A stretch of 52,508 nt of DNA, the filler included, from Piedraia hortae CBS 480.64 (Eukaryota): NCBI GenBank assembly GCA_010093745.1. It is 10 parts of 10 records of this genome, joined end to end, with 100 filler letters (N's around TTAATTAATTAA, not from the genome) between each part and the next. Parts side by side here need not be neighbours in the genome. Positions count along the whole stretch, not along the records: positions 30,960 to 35,588 come from MU006080.1; positions 35,689 to 40,289 come from MU006081.1; positions 40,390 to 44,943 come from MU006082.1; positions 45,044 to 48,371 come from MU006083.1; 6 more parts are not named here. One strand, written 5' to 3'. Below are positions 35,546 to 46,223 of the stretch, one piece after another. Made by a program: the position numbers and the translations under genes. Positions within the stretch are counted from its first letter, which is position 1. Every line of letters begins with the position of its first letter. The notes under the pieces are model-generated. The model saw only the letters and a program-made list of their open reading frames with translations. It did no database searches and was not told the origin of the DNA.

Positions 35546-35688
35546 CCCAATGAGCAAACATCGGCGGGCCCCCGATGTTTGAAAAAAANNNNNNNNNNNN
35601 NNNNNNNNNNNNNNNNNNNNNNNNNNNNNNNNTTAATTAATTAANNNNNNNNNNNNNNNNNNNNNNNNNNNNNNNNNNNNNNNNNNNN

Positions 35689-35752
35689 CGTGAAGTCGAG
35701 AGCCGAGCGACGGTTACTAATAATGCGCGTAATATACCGCATATTCACAACA
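35689..35752 (-). mobile_element. Copia LTR family A, contig-end copy
   Basis: ...ATATTCACAACA, 48 bp upstream of the AMS1 ATG. Confidence 0.9.
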
Positions 35753-35800
35753 GGAAGCTGGCTGCCCTCAAGATCTCACACCCCTCTCCTATCCATTACC

Positions 35801-38800
35801 ATGGGCGGGGATTCAAGACAAATAATCGCTCCAGCGGATGCACCAAAGTATGCAAAGATTGCCGAGCATCCAAAGGGAAAGTTGCATCCCAAGATCTACC
35901 TCGATCGTCTCCGCCAGTTCACCGACAATGGACAATACAGAGATCAGGGCCTGCTAGCAAAGTTGTACGATGGACGGGTATCAGGAGATCCATATGTCAA
36001 GCTCTCCGTCTGGTCAGCTCCAGACCAGACCCGTCCCACCTTTGAAGAGGCAACCAAAAAGGAAAACAAGTACAAAGATACCAAGAAAGGAGACTCTTTC
36101 GGCCCTAGCTGGACGACACATTGGTTCAAAGTTCAGTTCAAGTTGCCGTCTGATTGGAACGATAAGCCGCTCGTGGAGTTTCAGTGGGACAGCCGTAGCG
36201 AGGGCATGGTGTGGACTCGTGATGGAAAGCCTTTGCAGGGACTGTCAGGAAACGGGGAAAGGACCGAATGGGTGCTGTTGGGCGATTACAGAGATGCCAA
36301 CAAAGAGCATACCATTTACATTGAGATGGCGTGCAACGGCATGTTTGGAAACGCTCCCGGTGGTGACAGCGTCCAGCCGCCGGATCCCAATAGAATGTTC
36401 CCCCTTGTAGAGGCTGACATCGTCAGCGTGAACACCGAAGCTCGGGCTCTTTACTATGACTTTTGGATCATAGGCGATGCAGCCAGAGAGTTCCCAAGCG
36501 ATAGCTGGCAGCAGCACAAAGCTCTGGTAGTTTGCAACCAAATCATGGACAAATTCATCGCAGGCAACGGTTCTAACGATTCCATTGTGAGCTGCCGCCA
36601 GATTGCCAAGACCTATCTCGGTCCGGATATCGATTCTGCCAAAGTCTTCGAGGGAAACGATGAAGATGCCATTGTCTATTCGCTGGGCAACTGCCACATT
36701 GACACTTGCTGGCTTTGGCCGTTTGATGAAACGAAGCGAAAGATTGCAAGATCCTGGTCGAGCCAGTGTGACTTGCTGGACCGGTATCCAGAATATCGCT
36801 TTGTGGCTAGTCAGGCACAGCAGTTCTTCTGGCTTGAACAGCTTTATCCGCATGCCTGGGACCGTGTCAAGGAGCACGTTAAAAAGGGCAATTTCCAGCC
36901 CATTGGAGGTAGCTGGGTAGAGCATGACACTAATCTGCCGTCGGGAGAGTCACTTGTTCGTCAGTTCTTGTATGGACAACGGTTCTTTCAAAGCCGTTTT
37001 GGCCAACGCTGCAAGACCTTTTGGCTGCCTGATACATTTGGGTACTCGTCACAGCTACCCCAGCTCTGTCGATTGGCCGGGATGAACAGGTTCCTGACCC
37101 AGAAGCTGTCTTGGTCCAACTTTTCTTCTGGCTTCCCTCACTCGACATTTAATTGGGTTGGTCTAGATCGGAGCCAGGTTATCTGCCATATGCCACCGTG
37201 CAACACGTACACAGCCGAAGCCCACTTTGGAGATGTCAATCGAAGCGTCACCCAGCACAAGAGCATGGACCAGGATAACACGAGCATCCTGCCTTATGGA
37301 AAAGGAGATGGTGGTGGAGGCCCGACTTTCTCACACTTGGAGAAGCTGAGGCGCTGCCGCGGCTTGAGCAACACAGTTGGGTTGCTGCCTAAAGCCAAGA
37401 TGGGTGTTTCAGCCGAGGATTTCTTTGACCGTTTGGAAGATATGGTAGCCAGCGGCAAGACCAAGCTAGTTACGTGGTATGGCGAACTGTACCTTGAGCT
37501 CCATCGCGGAACGTACACAACTCAAGCGAACAACAAAAGGGGCAACAGAAAGTCGGAGATTCTTCTTCATGATATTGAGTACCTGGCCACTCTTGCAACC
37601 ATCAAAGACAGCAAGTACATCTACCCAAAGAAGGAACTTGACATGATGTGGCAGAATGTCCTGCTCTGCCAGTTTCATGATTGCCTTCCGGGATCCTCCA
37701 TCGAGATGTGCTACAGGGACAGCGATAAGATCTATGCCAAGGTGTTTGAAACTGGGCAGAAACTGATCAAAGACGCCCATGATGCGCTTGGGTTCCATGA
37801 GAACAGCACTAGCCGGGATGCAGTTGTCCCGGTGCAGACACTTGGATGGGAGCGACCTACCTCACTCCGTGGAAAGGCCACCATCCAGCACAAGGGCGCC
37901 GGGATTTACATGCTTGAGAATGAAGACTTGAAGGTTAAAGTTAGGAACGGCTTAATCTCTTCGATATGGGATGTCAAGGCAAAGAGGGAAGTCGTTCCAA
38001 TGGGCGAAAGTGCCAACCAGCTGGTCATCTTTGACGACAAGCCTCTATACTGGCAAGCCTGGGATGTTGAGGTCTACCACCTCGATTCTCGCAAGGAACT
38101 AAAGGCCACCGAAAAGTCTTGGATCGTGGAGAACAAGCCGGAACGTGTTGCCGTTGCAACTATTATACCCATTTCCGACAAGTCTTGGGTCAAGACAACG
38201 CTCTCCCTCAACGCAGCCTCACGTGACCGACCGTCATGGGTCGAAGTGGAGGCCGAAGTCGAATGGCAGGAGACGATGAAATTTCTCAAGGTCGAGTTCC
38301 CAACAACCATTGCAAACACCGAAGCTTCGTACGAGACGCAGTTTGGCATCATCCGTCGTCCTACCCATTACAATACCGACTGGGACATGGCCAAGTTTGA
38401 AGTGTGCAGCCATAAATGGGCTGATCTTTCGGAATACGGCTACGGCGTTAGCATCCTCAACGATAGTAAGTATGGCTTTGCCACGGCTGGTGGAGTCATG
38501 CGTCTTTCGCTTTTGCGTGCGCCTAAAGCACCCGATGCCCACGCCGACATGGGCAGGCACAAGATGAAGTGGGCTATAATGCCTCATGCCGGGCCGTTGG
38601 ATGAACATACTGTTCGCGCAGGATTTGAATTTAATAATCCAATGCGTTGGCAGAAGCACTCCAAGCCAGAGGAGATTGTAAAACTCATGAGTGCTTTCAA
38701 ACTTGCTCCTGGTAGCTCGCCCGGTCTGGTGGTGGACACGGTGAAGCGAGGCGAAGATGACGAAGATGTAAGCAACGGCGACTTGCTGCCCAAGAAAGGA

Positions 38801-39001
38801 CGACACGTCATCTTGCGCGTGTACGATAGTCTGGGCGGCTTTGGCAGGGGGACCATCCTCTTCGGACCTGTCAAGGTCATGGCTGTCTGGAAGTGCAATT
38901 TACTCGAAGATGCAGGTGAGCAAATCAGGCAGAGCGAGGAGGGGTTCGATATCGAACTGCAGGCGTTTGAAGTCGCGAGTTATAAGCTCTTGCTTGAGTG
39001 A
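35801..39001 (+). CDS. AMS1: Vacuolar alpha-mannosidase (GH38)
   Basis: Intronless ORF; CHIDTCWLWP, WLPDTFGYS, GDGGGGP, LYLELHRGTYT, QFHDCLPGS, AKFEVCSHKWAD; the upstream ORF extension lies in the LTR. Confidence 0.93.
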   Translation: MGGDSRQIIAPADAPKYAKIAEHPKGKLHPKIYLDRLRQFTDNGQYRDQGLLAKLYDGRVSGDPYVKLSVWSAPDQTRPTFEEATKKENKYKDTKKGDSFGPSWTTHWFKVQFKLPSDWNDKPLVEFQWDSRSEGMVWTRDGKPLQGLSGNGERTEWVLLGDYRDANKEHTIYIEMACNGMFGNAPGGDSVQPPDPNRMFPLVEADIVSVNTEARALYYDFWIIGDAAREFPSDSWQQHKALVVCNQIMDKFIAGNGSNDSIVSCRQIAKTYLGPDIDSAKVFEGNDEDAIVYSLGNCHIDTCWLWPFDETKRKIARSWSSQCDLLDRYPEYRFVASQAQQFFWLEQLYPHAWDRVKEHVKKGNFQPIGGSWVEHDTNLPSGESLVRQFLYGQRFFQSRFGQRCKTFWLPDTFGYSSQLPQLCRLAGMNRFLTQKLSWSNFSSGFPHSTFNWVGLDRSQVICHMPPCNTYTAEAHFGDVNRSVTQHKSMDQDNTSILPYGKGDGGGGPTFSHLEKLRRCRGLSNTVGLLPKAKMGVSAEDFFDRLEDMVASGKTKLVTWYGELYLELHRGTYTTQANNKRGNRKSEILLHDIEYLATLATIKDSKYIYPKKELDMMWQNVLLCQFHDCLPGSSIEMCYRDSDKIYAKVFETGQKLIKDAHDALGFHENSTSRDAVVPVQTLGWERPTSLRGKATIQHKGAGIYMLENEDLKVKVRNGLISSIWDVKAKREVVPMGESANQLVIFDDKPLYWQAWDVEVYHLDSRKELKATEKSWIVENKPERVAVATIIPISDKSWVKTTLSLNAASRDRPSWVEVEAEVEWQETMKFLKVEFPTTIANTEASYETQFGIIRRPTHYNTDWDMAKFEVCSHKWADLSEYGYGVSILNDSKYGFATAGGVMRLSLLRAPKAPDAHADMGRHKMKWAIMPHAGPLDEHTVRAGFEFNNPMRWQKHSKPEEIVKLMSAFKLAPGSSPGLVVDTVKRGEDDEDVSNGDLLPKKGRHVILRVYDSLGGFGRGTILFGPVKVMAVWKCNLLEDAGEQIRQSEEGFDIELQAFEVASYKLLLE

Positions 39002-39004
39002 GCA

Positions 39005-40078
39005 TCACCCATCCGAACTCTTGATCGTTTCTTGATTATCATTGTGATGATCCACAAAATCCCATTCCTGACCCAGTATAAATCCCATGACATCCGCCCA
39101 CAGCTTTTCATGCGTCTCTTTAACCTTTTTCGCAAGATCATCCAGCCGTCCACACCTCTGTACCCCCTCCACTGACCCTAAATTCTTAAACACACTCGCA
39201 TGCGACCAGACGCCTAATTCAGATGTATTAACCACTTGCACCAGATTTTCCCCAAGATCATCCATCTCCCCTGCAGAACCAGCCTGACTTTTTCTCAAAA
39301 ACTCCACATCAGCCGCTAACCAGACGAGTCCCTCCAGGAAGTCTTTCACCGTCTCAGCACGGTTGCTCTGAACCAACTCCCCCATCGAGGTATCAAGGAA
39401 AAGCGGCCTGGTAGCACCCTCCCGCCCAGGCACAACAACCCTCGTGCCCTCTCCCCGGTAGGGTAGCATAATCCTCGCTGGCAGACGAACGCAAAGGTAT
39501 CGTCCACTTATCAGCACTAGAAAGCGAGCGACGTTCGCGAGCGTAGCTGTGAGATCCTCGTGCGAAGCATCCTTTTCCCCTCCAACTTCCCTCAGCTTAG
39601 GAATTCGTCCTCCAAAAATGCCCCGTACATGTACAGAAGCCAAGCCCCCCGCCTCCCTCACAAGTAACTTCCTCGCAACACCAATCCTCCCCCTCACCCT
39701 CTCCAATTTTGCTTTGAACCGCCCCACTTCAGCTCTACATTTCTCTCGCACATCCTCCCGACTTCGTAGGAAACCCCCCTTCCGCGCCTGTAAAGCCTTC
39801 TTGCGCGATTCGAGGTCTGCACGAAGCAACTCCACCACATCGCGATAGGCAGCGACTTGGCTTGCGACCCTCCCCGCACGCTCGCGGAGCGATTCTGTGT
39901 TATCTTCGATCCTCAGTGTTGGGGGGGATGCTCCGCACGAGAGGAGTTGGGAGTGGGCTGCTTCGCGCGCGAGGAGGGTTTCCACGTGGGTGAGGCGGGA
40001 TTGGTAGAGGGTTGAGTGACAGCAGGTTGGACAGAGGAGGCGTCGGCGGGGGCGTTGGCAGATTGTGCAGTTTAGCAT
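39005..40078 (-). CDS. ATG14: Atg14/Vps38(UVRAG)-family PI3K-complex subunit
   Basis: N-terminal CxxC...CxxC, long coiled coil, RLPARIMLP...PLFLD...FLEGLVWLAADV, C-terminal EWDFV. Confidence 0.7.
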   Translation of the reverse strand: MLNCTICQRPRRRLLCPTCCHSTLYQSRLTHVETLLAREAAHSQLLSCGASPPTLRIEDNTESLRERAGRVASQVAAYRDVVELLRADLESRKKALQARKGGFLRSREDVREKCRAEVGRFKAKLERVRGRIGVARKLLVREAGGLASVHVRGIFGGRIPKLREVGGEKDASHEDLTATLANVARFLVLISGRYLCVRLPARIMLPYRGEGTRVVVPGREGATRPLFLDTSMGELVQSNRAETVKDFLEGLVWLAADVEFLRKSQAGSAGEMDDLGENLVQVVNTSELGVWSHASVFKNLGSVEGVQRCGRLDDLAKKVKETHEKLWADVMGFILGQEWDFVDHHNDNQETIKSSDG

Positions 40079-40165
40079 GGCGTGGGAGGTGGGGGGGGGG
40101 GTTTTGAGGTGGGTTGGTTCCCCCGCCCCCGCATCACGACAGTATCATAGGGACGCCCGACCAAC

Positions 40166-40289
40166 TATTATAATTGTGAGCAGATGTGTACCTGCATACA
40201 AATCTCTACGGAAAACTAGTTGACACGTGAAGTCGAGAGCCGAGCGACGGTTACTAATAATGCGCGTAATATACCGCATATTCACAACA
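40166..40289 (-). mobile_element. Full-length Copia LTR family A (124 bp)
   Basis: Complete from TATTATAATT to TTCACAACA; one substitution (40225) versus the other young copies. Confidence 0.93.
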
Positions 40290-40389
40290 NNNNNNNNNNN
40301 NNNNNNNNNNNNNNNNNNNNNNNNNNNNNNNNNTTAATTAATTAANNNNNNNNNNNNNNNNNNNNNNNNNNNNNNNNNNNNNNNNNNNN

Positions 40390-41435
40390 CACTGGCGCTC
40401 GCGGGTTCGGTGATCCTGCTTCTGGTGATGGGCTTTGGCATCAGCCTCGATGTGAACGATCTTCGCTATGCCGTCCTCGATCACGACCAGAGCAGCATCA
40501 GCGCGCGCTACCAGCTCGATATCGCCGGATCGCGCTACTTCGTGGAAGAGCCGCCGATCACCGACCATGACGATCTCGACCGGCGCATGAGGAACGGTGA
40601 ACTGGCGCTCGCACTGGAGATTCCGCCGGGCTTCGGGCGCGATCTGCTGCGAGGCCGGCCTGTGGCGGTCGGCGCCTGGTTCGATGGCGCCATGCCGCAG
40701 CGCGCCGAAACGGTCCAGGGCTATATCCAGGGGCTGCACCAGCACTGGCTGGGCGAGCAGATGCGGATGGCGGGAGCGCCGGCCGGGGCTTCCATCTCGG
40801 TGGAGAACCGCTTCCGCTACAATCCCGATGTCGAGAGCCTGCCCGCCATGGTGCCATCGGTCATCCCCCTCCTGCTGCTGATGCTGCCTGCGATGCTGGC
40901 GGCACTGGCGGTGGTGCGCGAAAAGGAAATCGGCTCGATCATCAACCTCTACGTGACCCCGGTGACACGCGCCGAGTTCCTCCTCGGAAAGCAGCTGCCC
41001 TATGTAGCGCTGGCGATGATCAACTTCCTCGTCATGGTGCTGATGGCGGTGTTCGTTTTCGGGGTTCCTCTGACCGGCAGCGTTCCGGCCTTGGTCCTTG
41101 CGGCCTTTCTGTTCTGCCTGATCGCGACCGGAATGGGGTTGCTTGCCTCGGCAATCACCAGAAGCCAGATCGCCGCGATGTTTCTTGCCATGGTCGGCAC
41201 CTTGATCCCGGCGATCACTTATGGCGGCATGCTCGATCCAGTGTCTTCGCTGGAAGGTGCCGGAAGGGTGATCGGCGAAATCTATCCGGCGAACGCCATG
41301 TTCACGATCAGCCGGGGCGTCTTCAACAAGGCGTTGGGGTTCGGCGATCTGGCCGGATCATTCGTGCCGCTGCTCCTGGCGGTGCCGATCATCATCGGAG
41401 CCTCGATCCTGCTGCTCAGGAAACAGGAGCGCTGA
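40390..41435 (+). CDS. rbbA: C-terminal ABC-2 permease domain of an RbbA/YhiH-like ABC transporter (5'-partial, bacterial)
   Basis: [41 protein letters not shown]-terminal LLRKQER. Confidence 0.8.
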
Positions 41436-41436
41436 C

Positions 41437-42564
41437 ATGCACCAGACGCTTTCGAACATATACCGTCTGGGCGTCAAGGAGCTGTGGAGCCTGTGGCGAG
41501 ACCCGATCATGCTTGTCCTGATCGTCTTCACCTTCACCTTCGCGGTCTACAGTTCGGCCTCGTCGATGCCGGAGACGCTGCACAATGCGCCGATCGCCAT
41601 CGTCGACGAGGACGCCTCGCCACTCTCCCAGCGGATCATCTCCGCCTTCTACCCGCCCCAGTTCAGGCAGCCGGTGATGATTGCCCCCTCGCAGATCGAT
41701 CCGGGCCTCGACAAAGGCATCTACACGTTCGTCCTGCACATTCCTTCCGGGTTCCAGCGCGACGTGCTGGCCGGGCGGCCTGCTGAAATCCAGCTCAATA
41801 CCGATGCGACCCGCATGACCCAGGCGTTCAGCGGCAGCGGCTATGTGCAGCAGATCGTCCTGGGTGAAGCCAACGCATTCGTGCAGCGCTATCGCGCGCA
41901 AGCCAGCTCCCCGGTCGAGCTGGAGCTACGCGCACGCTTCAATCCCACGCTCGACAAGAGCTGGTTCGGGGGGCTCTCCCAGATAATCAATCAGATCGCC
42001 ATGCTGTCGATCATTCTGAGCGGCGCGGCCCTCATAAGGGAGCGGGAGCATGGCACGATCGAGCATCTGCTGGTGATGCCGGTGACCCCGTTCGAGATCA
42101 TGATGAGCAAGATCTGGGCGATGGCGCTGGTCGTGCTCATAGCGGCGTTCCTGTCCTTGAACCTCGTCGTGCGGGCGGCGCTCGGCGTACCTGTGGCTGG
42201 CTCGCTGACCCTGTTCTTCGCCGGCGCGGCGTTGGTCCTGTTCGCTACGACCTCGCTCGGCATCTTCATGGCGACGATCGCGCGCAACATGCCGCAGTTC
42301 GGCATGTTGGCGGTACTGGTGCTGCTGCCGCTCCAGATGCTCTCGGGTGGCAGCACGCCGCGCGAGAACATGCCCCAACTGGTGCAGAACATCATGCTTG
42401 CCGCCCCGACCACGCACTTCATCGAATTCGGACAGGCGATCCTGTTCCGCGGGGCGGGGATCGAGACGGTCTGGCCGCAACTCGTCGCCGTCACAGCCAT
42501 CGGCGCAGTGTTCTTCTCCATAGCATTGGCACGCTTCCGAAAAACCATCGCTTCCATGGCGTAA
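41437..42564 (+). CDS. yhhJ: ABC-2 permease, YhhJ-like (bacterial)
   Basis: LGVKELWSLWRDP, REREHGTIEHLLVMP, LSGGSTPRE; 1-bp spacing from the upstream gene. Confidence 0.85.
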   Translation: MHQTLSNIYRLGVKELWSLWRDPIMLVLIVFTFTFAVYSSASSMPETLHNAPIAIVDEDASPLSQRIISAFYPPQFRQPVMIAPSQIDPGLDKGIYTFVLHIPSGFQRDVLAGRPAEIQLNTDATRMTQAFSGSGYVQQIVLGEANAFVQRYRAQASSPVELELRARFNPTLDKSWFGGLSQIINQIAMLSIILSGAALIREREHGTIEHLLVMPVTPFEIMMSKIWAMALVVLIAAFLSLNLVVRAALGVPVAGSLTLFFAGAALVLFATTSLGIFMATIARNMPQFGMLAVLVLLPLQMLSGGSTPRENMPQLVQNIMLAAPTTHFIEFGQAILFRGAGIETVWPQLVAVTAIGAVFFSIALARFRKTIASMA

Positions 42565-42727
42565 CGAACTATCCCGGCATGGACCGACCATCGATGCCAG
42601 CACTGCTGGCAGCATGGCGATGATCAGAAACTCCAGGTCCGGGAAGCACGGATCACCGCTCGGCTGATCCGTCGCGCATAGCGGCAGCGTCGCCAGGCGG
42701 TCTCGATCAAACCACCTTGGGGCATCT

Positions 42728-44943
42728 TCAGCCATTCCGATGCCGCAAGGCCCATTTGCGGAGTTCGGCAAACCACAAGACGACGCTGCCCATCGCCAGA
42801 CACAGGAGCCATTGTCCAAGCGATAGCGCACTTGTGTCGAAAGCGATATTGAGCGGGGCGAGATGGACGACGGCCACTTGCAGCAATGCCGAAACGACGA
42901 CGGCGCCCCAGAGCCAGCGATTGGCGAAGAGATGGCGAAAGGCGCTGACTGTTTCCGAGCGTGCGCTGAAGCAGTTGAAGAGCTGGGCAAAGACCAGCAC
43001 TGTGAAGCCGGCGGTCCGCGCTTCCTCGACCGTAGATGATCCTTCGATAAGGCCGCCTGGCAGCTGGCTGTCGATGGTGAGCAGGGAGGCGAGAGCCATC
43101 ACCAGCCCCATTGCGATGACTCCCCGCCACATGCGCGCGTCGATGGCACGCTCGCTGGTGCGCCGCGGTTGCCGGGCCATCACATCCTCGGTCTCGGGAT
43201 CGACGCCCATGGCGAGCGCGGGGCCGGAATCGGTAATCAGGTTAATCCAGAGAATCTGCGTCGCCAGCAACGGTGCGATCAGGCCCTCTCCGCCATCCGC
43301 ACTATCAAGTCCGATAACGCCCGCGCCGACCACGCCCAGGAATACGGTCAACACCTCGCCCATGTTCGATGACAGAAGGTAGCGCAGGAACTTGCGGATA
43401 TTGTCGAAGATCGCGCGTCCCTCACGCACTGCGGCGACAATCGTGGCGAAGTTATCGTCTGCCAAGATCATCTTGGCAGCTTCCTTGGTAACCTCGGTGC
43501 CCGTCACGCCCATCGCCACGCCGATGTCGGCGGATTTGAGCGCCGGCGCATCGTTCACGCCGTCTCCCGTCATCGCAACCACATTGCCGTCGGCTTGCAA
43601 AGCATCGACGATGCGCAGTTTGTGGACCGGCGCCACGCGCGCGTAGACCGAGGTTTCCCGCACGGTGGCGGCGAAGGCGCGCTCATCCATCGCATCGAGT
43701 TCGGCGCCGGTGAGCGCCTTGGCGTCCGGCGACGCGATCCCGAGCTGGTCGGCGATCCGCGCCGCGGTACGCGGATGGTCGCCGGTGATCATCATTACCC
43801 GGATGCCGGCACGGTGCGCCTCGGCGATCGCCACGGCGGCTTCCTCGCGCGGCGGGTCGATGATGCCCACGGTGCCGACGAATATCAGATCGCGCTCGAG
43901 GCTATGATCCGCGCCGGTCGCTTCTCCCGGTCCGAGCGGCCTGTAAGCGACCGCGAGGGTGCGGAGCGCTTCGCCCGACAGGCGCTCGACATCGGCTCCA
44001 GCTTCAGCGCGCAAAGGCGCGTCGAACGACTTGACTTCCATGCCGACGCGGATGCGGCCGCAGCGCTCCATCAGCACATCGGGGGCGCCCTTGGTGACGA
44101 TAATCAGCTCGCCGCCATGTTCGAGATCGCGCTCGATGCTCGACATCAGTTTGCGGTCGGAGCTGAACGGGATCTCGCGGACCCGCTCAAAGCGTCTTTT
44201 CCGCCGGGCGTCGACGCCGAGCTTCATCTCGGCGACCAGGAACGCCGCCTCGGTGGGATCGCCCTGGATCTCCCACGACCCGTCGCTGGCCTCACGCAAG
44301 GCTGCGTTGCCGGCAAGGCTACCGCCGCTGAGCACGACGATGTGCTCGGCCTTGAGTGCGCCGCCGACCGGCTGGGCGTCATCGCTCTCGATAGCGCCCT
44401 GCGGCGCATAGCCGACGCCGGTGATGCGGCTGTCGCCGGAGGCAGTCGCGACACGCTGGATCGTCATCTGCGAACGGGTGAGCGTGCCCGTCTTGTCCGA
44501 ACAGATCACCGTTGCCGCGCCAAGCGTCTCGACCGAGGAAAGGTCCTTCACCACAGCGTTGCGGGCGGCCATGCGCTGGACGCCCAGCGCCAGCACCAGC
44601 GACAAAATCGCGGGCAGGCCCTCGGGAACTGCGGCCACCGCCAGCGACACGCCCAGCAGCAGCACGGCTACAACATCGCTGACACCGCGAATTTCCGACA
44701 GAGCGAGGACCGTGGCGACCACGACCGAGGCGATTACGATCACGGCGATGCCAAGCATCCGCCCGATCCGCGCCACTTCCTTCTGGAGTGGTGTCGGCTC
44801 TTCGCGGGTCTGGTCGAGCATGGTCGCTATCGCGCCCATCTCGGTGCGCATGCCGGTCGCGGTGACCACCGCACGGCCACTGCCTTGAACGATGGCTGTG
44901 CCCTTGAAGACCATCGACGTTCGATCGGCGAGCGCCGCCGGTG
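42728..44943 (-). CDS. P-type IIA cation (Ca2+-type) transporting ATPase, 5'-partial (bacterial)
   Basis: VPEGL, CSDKTGTLT, KGAP, MITGD, TGDGVNDAPAL, QILWINLITD. Confidence 0.92.
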
Positions 44944-45043
44944 NNNNNNNNNNNNNNNNNNNNNNNNNNNNNNNNNNNNNNNNNNNNTTAATTAATTAAN
45001 NNNNNNNNNNNNNNNNNNNNNNNNNNNNNNNNNNNNNNNNNNN

Positions 45044-45085
45044 AGAGATTTGTATGCAGGTACACATCTGCTCACAATTATAATA
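45044..45085 (+). mobile_element. Copia LTR family A, contig-end copy
   Basis: AGAGATTTG...CACAATTATAATA. Confidence 0.88.
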
Positions 45086-45251
45086 CTTTCCGCTTCCGCT
45101 TGACAGGCGCACTATTTTGTTTGTCACCTACCTACTGTAAAGTGGCTAGTCTTTGTTTCATTCATGATCATGAAAAGCAAAAAAGATTAATTCTATCACG
45201 TACGTCAACGCTTGGTACCATTGCCACCTTCTGTGCGGCCTCAGTGATGAT

Positions 45252-46223
45252 TCAGATAATGTCTTGCGCATAGGAGTCTGGCGGCATTCTGAGGCCAAGC
45301 ACGCCTGTCAGATATTTGACTTGTTGTTGCATTTTGGCCCCAATAGCGACAAGTTCTGTAGTCGATGGACGCTCGGCGGGGTTATCGCGCAGAGATGCCG
45401 CAAGGAGATACATTACTGCGGGCTCTCGAGAGATAGTCAGTCCCGAAATATCCTTGACCATCTGAGTGGGAATATAAATGTGCCGCCGGTTGTCAAACTG
45501 CTGGGACGTTATGACGCTCCAGAGTACTGCGCCGAAACAGTACATGTCGGATCGGGCTGTGAGGAATGTCGTCCTCACGATCTGCTCAATAGGCATGCTG
45601 TCCGCTAGCTTACACTCCGGTGGCTTGTGTCCGGGCGTGCCCATCGGCGTGGCGCTGTCGCGTTCCTGGCACACCAAGCCGAAATCTCCCAAGACTAGGT
45701 CAGGGAGAACGTCCCTCTCCGACGAGTTCCAACGCAAGAAAATGTTCGCAGGCTTAATGTCGCGGTGAATAATTCGTCCGTGGCCAGAAACCACCTCGTT
45801 GGGGAAATTAATGTCCAGGATCCCTTTGTGCAGGTATCCCATAGCACCGGCCATTGAGGCAACGTAATGTTTGACAAAGAGGCTGGGAATCCATGCCGGG
45901 TGCTTCCGCTCCCAGTGGGTGATGAATCGCTGAAGGTCTCCACCAGTGCAGCACTCGAACACGGCAGTCCATATAGGCTGACCTCTGGGACCATTCTCCC
46001 AAAATTCCTGCAGGGGAATGATGTTGCGGTGCTTCTGCAACATGTTCAGGATTTTGATCTCAAGAGGCTGTTCACGGCCAGTCGTCGTTGTCAGCTCTTT
46101 GATGATAGCAAGCTGCTTACTGGCATCATTCTTGGCAAGGATGACCTGACCTCCGGGACTGGGGTCAAAGTATCGGATGATGTGGTATTTCTTCGCAGGA
46201 CGAGGGTCATGGTGTGCGTGCAT
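45252..46223 (-). CDS. Divergent Ser/Thr protein kinase (NEK-like, lineage-specific fungal type)
   Basis: AIIK, ECCTGGDL, HRDIKPANIFL, DFG, GTPGHKPPE, SDMYCFG; atypical Gly-loop. Confidence 0.82.
   Translation of the reverse strand: MHAHHDPRPAKKYHIIRYFDPSPGGQVILAKNDASKQLAIIKELTTTTGREQPLEIKILNMLQKHRNIIPLQEFWENGPRGQPIWTAVFECCTGGDLQRFITHWERKHPAWIPSLFVKHYVASMAGAMGYLHKGILDINFPNEVVSGHGRIIHRDIKPANIFLRWNSSERDVLPDLVLGDFGLVCQERDSATPMGTPGHKPPECKLADSMPIEQIVRTTFLTARSDMYCFGAVLWSVITSQQFDNRRHIYIPTQMVKDISGLTISREPAVMYLLAASLRDNPAERPSTTELVAIGAKMQQQVKYLTGVLGLRMPPDSYAQDII

Noticed and set aside
35690..35800. N-terminal extension of the AMS1 ORF, and similar ORFs at 5183, 30912 and 21143
   Set aside because: These read through LTR, linker or overlapping gene sequence; the real starts are 35801 (AMS1) and 21308 (relaxase).
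40166..40289. 124-bp repeat as 5S rRNA, tRNA/SINE, CRISPR repeat or gene-cassette recombination site
   Set aside because: No 5S or tRNA similarity and no regular spacers; 5-bp TSDs and PBS/pol linkage identify it as an LTR.
35689..40289. Composite element carrying AMS1 and ATG14 between two same-orientation LTRs
   Set aside because: No PBS after the upstream LTR (flank GTTGG) and no convincing PPT; the genes are conserved housekeeping genes, so two independent insertions are simpler.
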